Source: Bispira polyomma
Taxonomy: Eukaryota
Direction of reading: 5' to 3'
Assembly (NCBI GenBank): GCA_965649765.1
Contig: OZ287750.1
Location: 26,040,001 to 26,104,000 of the forward strand
DNA: 64,000 nucleotides
Part shown: piece by piece, positions 52,013 through 62,198 of the stretch
Layout: each line of letters starts with the position of its first letter
How positions within the stretch are numbered: the first letter of the stretch is position 1
Program-made: the position numbers and the translations under genes
The notes under the pieces: model-generated
The model's database searches: none
The model's input: only the letters and a program-made list of their open reading frames with translations
What the model was told of the DNA's origin: nothing

Positions 52013-52532
52013 AAAATCTAACATTCGGCGACAAGAGTTCAACGAACGGATGTCCCAGTACTACGACAGCATCTCTATTACCGGCAATAACCTCCCGAGT
52101 TACGGCGACACAAGACGACACAGCAACGACTCTATGTGCACTGTGTTCACCATTATGTCCACTCCCATCTCTTCTAGGACCGGAAGCCTGGCCACTTCTG
52201 TCCATCACCCTCGGTCCTTCTCCTCTTTAGACACAGCCAGCACAAGTCTATCACCATCTGTCTATCATCAAGGCAAGCAATCGGACTACAAGTTCTCCTT
52301 AGAAGACACAGTGAAAAAGCTGAGAGAATTAGACTGTGACAACAACATTTCACAGATGAGGACCTCCTACTGGTCAGAGTGTGAGCTAGACATATCTTTT
52401 AGTCTCAGTGAGGAAGCAGAGCGTGAGATCATGGAGGATGACACGGAAGGATGTATAGGAACTCAGGACCTGTTTAGTAAAGCTGTTCTTAGGATAGACA
52501 ATAGGTTGTTCTCAGAATGCTCAGTTTTGTAG
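52013..52532 (+). CDS. Exon 3 (terminal) of the uncharacterised membrane protein; Ser/Thr-rich then acidic cytoplasmic tail
   Basis: Acceptor tatcttttgtag|A. The phase-2 join gives the basic stop-transfer RKSNIRRQ and runs in frame into ORF 52050-52532. Ends FSECSVL*. Total CDS 744 nt. Confidence 0.82.
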
Positions 52533-52940
52533 CACAACAGTACAATTTCTTTCTATGGTAATATATACAGTTCAACATGTATATTATTTGAACTAATGGT
52601 CTCAGTGTGAGCTATAGATATATCCTTTATAGTCTCAGCCAGAAGGAGGCAGAGCGTGGGATGATGAAGGATGACATGGAAGGGTGTACAGAGACTCAGG
52701 ACCCGTTTAGTAAAGCGGTTCTTAAGATAGACAATGCATTGTTTTTAGACAAGTGCTTGGATTCATAGCACAACAGTACAGTTGGCTTTATTTCTATGGT
52801 ATTATACAGCAGAACATCTCTATTATCTGGTCTCAATGTGAGTTAGATATATAACTTTTAGTCTCAGTTAGAAGGCAGAACGTGAGATTATGGAGGATGA
52901 CACCGAAAGCTATCCAGAAACTCAGGATCCGTTTAGTAAA
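52371..52940 (+). repeat. Diverged tandem triplication (~226-231 bp) of the end of exon 3 and the start of the 3'UTR
   Basis: Units start at 52371, 52597 and 52828; the third is truncated. Confidence 0.9.
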
Positions 52941-53118
52941 TTGAGTTGATAAAATTTAACTAAAATAGTAGCTTGGATATTAGAAGTTCTACTGTACAAT
53001 TAACGTAAAAATAATGACAATTGTAATGTTGTACTAGAAGTCAAAACAATTTAAGAACAATTCATTGAACTTCTAATATCCAAGCTACTATTTTAGTTAA
53101 ATTTTATCAACTCAATTT
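52938..53118. repeat. Perfect 52-bp inverted repeat with a 77-bp spacer
   Basis: 52938-52989 is the exact reverse complement of 53067-53118. Confidence 0.92.
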
Positions 53119-53248
53119 CACTTTCCCAAATTAAATTTTTTTTATATTGTTTTATATACTAATTAAATGTACTTCTACCATTTTGATACACATTCTATCA
53201 TCCAAAAATACTATCTCAAGGTGTTTATATGACAGATGGTCTTTTACT

Positions 53249-53480
53249 GGGGCTATATCCACAAAAGGTCTTAGTCTTAACTCAGTCTTAAGCTTAACAT
53301 TTGTGTCTAAAATATCTAAGACTGCTTACTATTAATCTTAGTGTTAAGAGCCAAATCAACACACTAAGCCCAAATATTTACTTGCTCTCATTGGGACTAT
53401 AACCAAATTCTTAACCTTTTCGGCCAAAACCATAATCTTAAGACTAAGTTAATACTAAAACCTCTTGTAAAAACGGCCCC
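53249..53480. mobile_element. ~230-bp Harbinger-like MITE family; other copies at ~12214-12442, 21438-21660, 26173-26537, 27187-27380, 58588-58820 and 61176-61385
   Basis: GGGGC...GCCCC termini, often at CWG; repeated GTCTTAGTCTTAA / TTAAGACTAA subterminal motifs; shared interior. Confidence 0.8.
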
Positions 53481-53569
53481 TATATTTTAACAAAGGATAA
53501 TTTTAAAAGGTTCAGTAGTTTTTGCATAATACTGCGGACAAACCAACAGGCAGGGGCAAAAACATGACT

Positions 53570-53905
53570 TGGCCTAGTGGTTAGGGAGTTAATCTAATGC
53601 CCAGAAGGTCCCGGGGTTCTGCTCCCAGTACCAATTGCTACTTTCGTTGGTGGGATAATATTCTTGGGCAAGATGAGTGTACACAAATTTGTCTGGTGAC
53701 TCGGATGACCACTTAAAATGGGTCCTGTTATCGCCAGTGGCAGGCTAAAGATCCTTGGGGATGTTGATAAATGGTGTCATCACCAAGCCTCTTTCTTCAG
53801 AATGACAGAGACAGATGCAGTTGACCGTTACAGTCAGGAAAGGGTTGATTAGCGCTCTAAATACCAGATGACGGTAGACATATGCGCTGAATATAAATAA
53901 AAATA
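53570..53905 (+). mobile_element. Composite SINE: C-type head, CORE-like and Deu/Nin-like domains; partial copy at ~48355-48600 (-)
   Basis: TGGCCTAGTGGTTAGGGAG head, CTTGGGCAAGATG, then GGATGACCACTTAAAATGGGTCC...TAAAGATCC. Confidence 0.7.
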
Positions 53906-56900
53906 TGAATGAATATTATCTGAAAATTTGGTGACAGCAAGATTTTGTTTGGATAACGGAAGCTTCCTCAAATTAGAATAGTCACTACTATACAAAACAA
54001 TACATATATATGAATAGGAAAGTTGTCAATAAATTCAGTGTTCAGATAATAGTATATGTTCTACTGTACTACAATTGAAATCTTTAAATTGCAAGTTTAT
54101 GTTAGCTTCTTTGATACATAAATGAATATAGTCTTTAATTGTAATATTGTTTATATGAACGCACTTTGAGTGAGAAAAATAAAATAAATAAATAAAAATT
54201 ATTAGTTTCACTATTTTTTTAAGCTTTTTTAAACTAAATTTTTTTTCTCCTACGTTCGTCATTCCATTCAATTCTTGTACTGCGATGCCTATGTCTATTA
54301 TGATGTCTGTGTCATATTACATAACACTACAAGCAGGATATAGCCAAAGGATAAACAGAAAAAAAAAAAAAACCTACAGGTTCAAATGGAATGGCTGGCA
54401 CTTTAAATCCACTTTTAACCAATTTTCTGTTAACCTAGTGCTTGGTACAAATATTAGTGAGAGATATTTCCGTCAAGACTACAAACACTCAAAACAATTT
54501 TTTGTTGTTTTTATTTTTTTGGTTTTGAGCACGTGAACACCAGGGTTGTTACCACACTGCCTTCACAGTTGGAGTAAGATTGTAAAAATTCACCACCTCT
54601 AAAATATTCACCATCATCTGTGAAATCACTAAGTGATTTTTTTAATGTTAATGTTTTTACTTCTGTAGCACCACAATCAATGACCAGGAATCGTCTGTGG
54701 CGTACATCTGAGTCTATATAGGCAAAAGAATAGTCCGATAGGAAATAAAAGCTTTGTGATCAGAGTTAAGTCATAAAAGCAACAGATGAATGTGAAGGTG
54801 GTTAAGCGAGTTAATACAGATGTGTTTTGAGGTGTGTTCTTTTCTGAAGCCTGTAATCCATTGCAGGTTATAAATTCTTTCAGAGGGCAATCTTGGTAGT
54901 TATAATAGCCCAAGTTCAGGGCGGTATTAGCTTAAGGGCTATATAACCCTCTAACAGAGTATATAACCTGTTTATTATACAAAAAAAAACATTTTGAATG
55001 TGAGATTATAAAATAATAATAGTCATCAAATAAAAAACAAACAAACACACAGCTTTTTTTGCAGCTTTATGGAAAGTGAATTTGCACAACGAGAGGGCAT
55101 TTCAGTAAATCATTATGCCTTAAGGCTATTTATTAAAGCTAAACCCGGACCATTGATGTTTATATTAAATGTAATGTCATGAAGACTTATGGAAACAAAC
55201 ACACACATACTGCAATATTTGCGACACGAAACGTCACTTTTAACAAATATAGGGAAACCCGCCAAGAATCTGTAGTGCTATTTTTGAACAGTTTTAAAAC
55301 TTTTGTGACGGAGCTACGAATTCTTACTTTCCCACACTTCTGAACATTTTTTGAGACCTATTGCCCAGTATAGTGTGACTAACCCTCCAAAAAAACCCTA
55401 AAATGTCATGTCATCGTTTCTTAGCCAATCAAATTGGGGGATTGTGTGTTTTGAGGTGTAATAATTAAGAATTTATACCGGCTTTTGGTCTGAAAATTGA
55501 CATATTTTTTCATTACAAGCATATCTAAACTGTAGTCTTTCACTAAATTAGGAGTCCTATTTTCTTAACATTTTGTTAATATCTCAGCAATGTGGTGAAA
55601 ATTTAAATATATATGGTAAATTTTAACTGTTTTACCGTAACAGTGTAAACATTAGGCTGTCAGAGGGATTTTTGTAACAGTCCTAAAACACATGTCAAGC
55701 ATGCCCCAAATGCTGACAAATATAGTATGTACAAGGACAATAACACATTCGCTTTATTAAGCAGATCAGTATCTAACAATAAGCCCTGGGTATGGCAGTA
55801 TATTGTGCACACGTGTAGAAATATTGTATTTTCTATAATACAGGCCCCCCTTTCTAATTTTTCTCGTCACGTAAAGTTAATATTTAGCAGAGTACCACAG
55901 TAAAATAAAATGGGAAAATCGGTAAAATCTTGCATGCAGGAAGTGATGGCAATGTGAAAATAATATAAATGTGAAGCATTTATATAGTGCTTTCTCTTTT
56001 TGGAAGCTCAAAGTCCTGGTCACAGTGTACACCACCAGCTTGGGTTCTTCCACTTGTCAACCAATTGTTCACTCTCATACTAGTATACCAGCCGTGTTGC
56101 CACATTCGTTGCAAAGACTAACACGCACCCATTAGCAGCCAGGTACCCATTAAAACACCTGGGTGTAGAGGGACCACTTTGTGTGAAGTACCTTGCCCAA
56201 GGGTGCAATCTCTAGGCCTGCAGCGGGGATTAAACATGGGATCCTCTGATTCAAAGTCAAACACTCTAACCCCTAATCTAGGGAGACCAAATGATGTTAT
56301 GACTTGCATTGGTACATAATTCAATGATAAAGTCACTAAATGTCAATATTTTTGCCAACTACTACACTAAAATATAAATAGGAACTTGGTAAAAATCTTC
56401 AGGCAATGTTAAAGATATTGACATTAAATTATATAATAATCCTAGAATAATGTAAACCAGCGTGTAGATTTCATTCACCTGTGGTTATAAACATCCAGAC
56501 ATTTTTGTGTGAATAGTTAAAATTCTTCTGTACATATTGCCATGATTCTTTTGACATTATGTTACAGCCCCCATACACACAAATTATGGACATTGTTTTC
56601 TTCAATAACATCCCAATTCTTTTGTTAAAAAATCCTGGAAAGCTTTGTGGGCTTTTATAAAATTGAAGTACATATATTTAATATGCAAAAACCTGCGGTC
56701 ATAAAAATTGGCGTTTTTTTTTTATCGACTAATGCAAACAATTTTTATTCAGATGTCTTTAAATTGGTTTAGTTGTGGAATATTGTTTTGTTCAATGAGG
56801 CTTGAAACTACTTCCCATACATATGCAAATGTGCAGTCAAGGAATGGCAAAAGTAGAGCATTGTTGTACAACTAGAAAACTAGCAGGTTTAAAATCATTT

Positions 56901-58865
56901 AAAGTTACAGCACCTGCTGAATGCAATAGTCTCCCTGCCAGTCTTCGTACTGAGACAAAGGATCACACGATCCAGGAAAAAGCTCAAAACACATCTGTAT
57001 CAACTCACTTTTCCACATTAACATTCGTCTGCTGCTTACAACTAAACTCTGACCACAAATCTTTTCTCCTATCGGACTATTCTTTTACACATTGACTGGG
57101 ATGTGAACCACAGAGGATGCCTGGTCATCAAGGACCAAATTATATGCTGACCTAAGGTTTATAAAAGCTTTCCTTATTAGTTATTTTCTGGCTTAATAAA
57201 CGTGTTTACTGGAAACCTTTTTCAGTAACTCTTTGAAACTCAAATATATTTGGTGTTCTGGCATATTCATCTAAAACAGGAGAACATGTACTGGATTGCT
57301 ATATTAAGATGAATAAAGTGTATGTTTTAAGCATACTATTCATTATCTGTCAAACCTAGAAGTTTTGCCTTTTCATTATTTGTAAATCCAATCGTTGAAG
57401 TATGATCTAACCACTAGTGTTAGAAATTGGCCTGTTTTTTCCGGGTCAATTTCATCGCTTAATTTACTAACTGAGGAGTAACCTGTAATCGATTATTTAC
57501 CAATTATTCATCTTTATTACTTGAAATATTAAGGTAGTCATCATGCTATCCTGGACCGAATATGTTGTGATCTGGTATGAATTTGGTTATTAGTTTCAGA
57601 CGTTTGACAATTAGCACGTACATGTACCTATAACCTACATACTACTTCCTGTAAACAAGGCAGTAAACAAAAACAAATTTAAAAGTGTAACAATTGTTTT
57701 GGTTAGCAATAAAACTATACAAAGCAACTTAAAAACACCAGGATATTTTTTTTTTGTATCTGGTAAAGGAATTTGTTGAGTAATGGATTATATAAAATTA
57801 AGAACAAGCGAAGACCTCTGCTGCAGTGTAACTGCTGATTAATTGACCGGACGTCTAATCGTACGGCCATTAATAGCTATTTGAGATATGTTTTTCTAGA
57901 TATGGTTTTATAATTTTATGACACCCCTATAAAATATGTTAGTACTACAATGTATGTAAAATATATGTATTGAATAGCAATATATGTAACATGGCCGACA
58001 ACATTCAATAGCTTTATCATAAGAACATAAAATGTGTAGAACTGCTATATTTGGTCTACTTGTTGTTATTTTGTTTACTTTCTTCATATTTGCAAAAATT
58101 AAGGTCTCATTATCATAAAGCATCAGGAATATCTTAAAGAATGTCATTGAGAAAACATAAACAATTAAATTACAGAAATATCGAATATCATTATGCAATC
58201 TTCAAAACAAAGACTCTATCTATAATATAAAAAAGCTACCTAGAATTGACCTAAGTTCATGCAGCCAACAGGCTCGGGTTGTCATTTGAATTGCAAATAG
58301 TCTTCAAACTGCTAATTACTATTTATCTACAGACCCTGGAGGACCAGGGGTGGTTCACACCAAAAGGTCTTACCCCAAGTTCTCAATTACACAATTTAAG
58401 GTAACCGACGACCAGTTTGTGGTCACAGATTCGGATAGGGTTCTTCTATGAATAACACCAATAGAACACAGGTAAGGACTTAGTCCCAATTTTAGTCTTT
58501 TGTCTCACTTACCTTTTGCGGTTAAAATGATACTCGGAAAAAGGTGACTTGGCAAAAACTAAAGTTTTAACTTAAAGCTAAAGCTCAGGGGCCGTATTCA
58601 CAATAAGTCTTAAGTCTCAACATAGTCTTAAGTCTCAACATAGTCTTAAGCTTACCACTGATGTCTAAAATAGTTAAGGCTGCCTACTTTTAGTCTTGTT
58701 AGTGTTAAAATCCAAAGTTAACACTGATCGAAGATGTTTTTCTACCGTCCCTGACAGAATCTAATGGTCAAAATCAAAGGCCAAAATGTTAAGCTCAACA
58801 CTAAGTCCTTTGAGAATACTGCCACTAGACCAGTCTACTTGTGAACACTGTTTGAAGTCAAGTCT

Positions 58866-59370
58866 GCCACGGTGGCCTAGTGGGTAACACACTCGCTCAG
58901 CAACGCAGACAACATGGGTTTGATACCTGTATCTGCCACTGTGGCCTAGTGAGTAACACACTCGCTCAGCAACACAGAGGACATGGGTTTGATACCTGTA
59001 CCTACCACTGTGGCCTAGTGAGTAACACACTCGCTCAGCAATGCAGAGGACATGGGTTTGATCCCAGTCTGGTCGACCAGATACAGGTAGACAGGCATAG
59101 TGGCTCAGATGACCACCAGATACAGGTAGACAGGCATAGTGGCTCAGATAACCACTTAAAATGGCGGTCCTTTATCATTGGGTTTTAACCCTGGTAGCAG
59201 GATAAAGAACCCTTTGAGACGTTGACAAATAGTCATTCTTAAACGTCTCTCTTCACCTAGGGGAATGACAGTTACTGGGGCTAGTTGGCTGTACTTGAGT
59301 AGTCAAGAAAAAGGTTAATTGGTACTTTGTTGAATACCAAGTTAAAGTGTCCAAAGGTGATATGTAATAC
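58866..59370 (+). mobile_element. SINE with a triplicated tRNA-like head (3 x 69 bp), a 2 x 39 bp internal duplication and a Deu/Nin-like body
   Basis: Head units start at 58867, 58936 and 59005; 39-bp units at 59076 and 59115. The body is shared with the 53570 copy. Confidence 0.8.
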
Positions 59371-59710
59371 AACAAAGAAGACTAGTTAAAGGTAGAATAA
59401 ATCATAAAAATGTGTGTTGAAGTATGAATAATATAATAATGATATAATTATCAGATTTTTTTGGCGCTTATTTTCGTTGGAAACGATGTGTTAGGGGCAA
59501 AAAACAACAGCCAGAGCCAAAAATCATTGGTGATTGACAGAAGGAAGTTAACATCAATACGTCCACCGAGAACAGGAAAGAGACTATGAAGAATACTACA
59601 GCAAAAAACTTGCTTTTAATATTGAGGCCATGACAGCCATCTTGTTTTCATAAATAGAACTTTTGGCCCAAAATAAGTTACCGTTACAAAGTGACATTTT
59701 CTTAACTTAA

Positions 59711-60228
59711 TGCGGTAGTCACACTTTCCAAGTTCTTGCCACTTTTTTTACCAGTTTACTTCCGATCATTAGAACTTGGTTGGTTGGGAGAAAATGGCAG
59801 TAAAATGTTCATTTGCATTGCATATACATGCATTTGCATCCCCCGTTCGGCCCCGTTTTTGTCTAGTTATGACCAGATCTCAACAGTTTTTAAGCAAATT
59901 ATGCCCAGACCTGACCAGATCTAAGCAGGTAATGACACATTCATGTAACAATTGCTCCAGATTACACCAAATTACTCCAGTTCTGGCCAGACCACACAAG
60001 TTCTAAGCAGTTTAATCCCTGTTTACACAAGTTCTGATCAGTTTAACCCCTGTTAAGGTCCAGTTCTCTCAAGATGTGCTTTCAGAGCCGACCACCCACA
60101 AAAGTTTTGAACATTTTCGGCTCTGCATCTCGTTCTTGCTGAACTCACCCTTTTATACCCAAATGCTAGACATTTACTCCAGTTTACACAGGTTCTCCGA
60201 ACGGGGCTCGAACAGTGTGATCGCTACA
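59711..60228. mobile_element. Longer member of the same Harbinger-type family; partial copy at ~32190-32330, related interior at ~25115-25465
   Basis: Imperfect TIR TGCGGTAGTCACACT / AGTGTGATCGCTACA with TAA on both sides. Interior CCGATCATTAGAACTTGG and TTCATTTGCAT is shared with the 31830 copy. Confidence 0.75.
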
Positions 60229-62130
60229 TAAAATTACTACAAATATTTTATGTTTTAAACTTAATAAAGGACACAGACATATGTCTGTTATTGGGTTTTG
60301 GGATAAATGAGATTTTTTGTGCTTCTATATATATTTTTTTAAAACACCATCCTTCAAAGATATCAAAAAAGGTACTTATGAAGAAGTTGATTTCTTTTTA
60401 TATTTCACAAATAAAACAATTGTGTAGCAGAAAATTTTATTTTTAACAATAAATCAATAGTTTACATACACACACATACATGCAAAGTTTTCAACAGTGG
60501 AGAATGTAAACATTCACAGAATCCCTTTTGTATGTAATGTTTTTGTGTTTTTCAAACATTAACCCTTTTCACATCAAAAAAAAACAGGAACTGAAAGAAA
60601 TTTTCGGGTAATAGGTAGCTGTCATGTAGGTAAGGTCACTAAAACACACACCACAAACTAATTTTAGCATACAATGAACGGACCCATGTATAATTTTTTA
60701 AACAAAAGCCTTTGCTGTGCTAACAATTTTCTTTTGTGAGTAACAAGGAACACAAAACTTGAACTTAAAGAAATGTAGGGTATGGGCTTTAAAGAGAATG
60801 TGGTTTTTTCATCCAAAATTTGAACAATATTTATAGAAAACTAGGGGTGGGCTCTTATAAAAGCATGGGCTATTATGAGGGAGTTTAGGGTAATATTAAA
60901 TATGTTCAAGCTAAGGTAATCATTCAATACAGAGTTTTCCTAGTAAAAAAACACGAACCAAAGTGCATGTAATTAACTTGATTTTCCAAATTTACCTTGT
61001 CTCGTTCGTTTCTTTCTTGTACATGTACTACATATATTTCTGCATGTTTGACAATTAAATAATATCATAGAAATTATTTCTAAATGAACAATGCATTACA
61101 TAAAAACTATATAATATAATCATAGACTTGTACAAACCTTGTAACAAATTATCACGTATAGGACCTAGTATTTACAGGGTCTTAGTCTTAACTTTGTCTG
61201 AAGCTTGAAGATTTTGGTCTTTGATTTGACCCAAAAATGTTAACATTTTGGCGATAGTAAGAGAAAATTTTTGTTTTAGTGTTCAGCTTTGCTCTTAACA
61301 CAAAGACTAACAGTAGGCAGTCTTAAATATTGTACATGTAAATGTTAGGCTTAAGACTAGCTTAAGACTAGGAGCTTTTCTGAATTTTAACTGCTGATGG
61401 AATACTGTATCATCACACCAAGAGAGTGACAGAGACATAGAAATTACTGGGGAAATAAGTGGAAATCTTAAACTAGTATATAATTTAACTGGTTTTTGCC
61501 TTTGAAGACAGTCACAAACACCTTTTTATTTGTGGCATACAGTCAATCCCCTTTAAGTAAAACTCTGTTGACTCAATTTTTGTGTCTGTGGAGAGAAATT
61601 TGTAGTCACAAAAAGGCATTTTCTTTTGACAGTCTACCCTGTTAAGTGGAATTAATCCTGCTTGATTAGAAAGTATTAATTTTGGTTCAATTGTATTTTG
61701 ATATAAAAATCAATTGAAAAATTTTAAATTTTTTTTTTCACTGGGGATTAAACTTTACTACTGACGTTCAATTGAAAAAAAAATAGTTAAAAGCAAATTC
61801 TTGTTGCTAAGTTGCCACTTTTTACAGTAATATTACCAAAGACGCTGAACAAATATGTCACCTAATTTACAATGTTAATATATTAAGCCCTAGTCAAAAG
61901 CTACATTTCCACAGTTGGAAAAATTTCTTAATCAGCAAAAAACCCTAAAATGCAAATTCTGACATACTTAATCCATTTTACTTATAAGTTCTTATACCCA
62001 ATTCATTGAGCATTTAAAACTACATGTTTGCTGTCCTAACCTGTAAACACTGCATATTACTGGTGTTTATTTGTTTAGTTACAGTGACATTCCCATAAAG
62101 ATTTCATAGAGTATTAGAGTATAATGTCAC

Positions 62131-62131
<1 letters not shown>

Positions 62132-62194
<63 letters not shown>
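62132..62194. repeat. Homopolymer C32-A31 tract
   Basis: Directly visible in the sequence. Confidence 0.9.

Positions 62195-62198
<4 letters not shown>

Noticed and set aside
58333-58471. Possible exon (ctacag|...cag|gtaagg)
   Set aside because: Stops in all three frames, and the start resembles a decayed Harbinger MITE terminus.
58761-59188. Repetitive ORFs on both strands
   Set aside because: Translation of tandem SINE heads.
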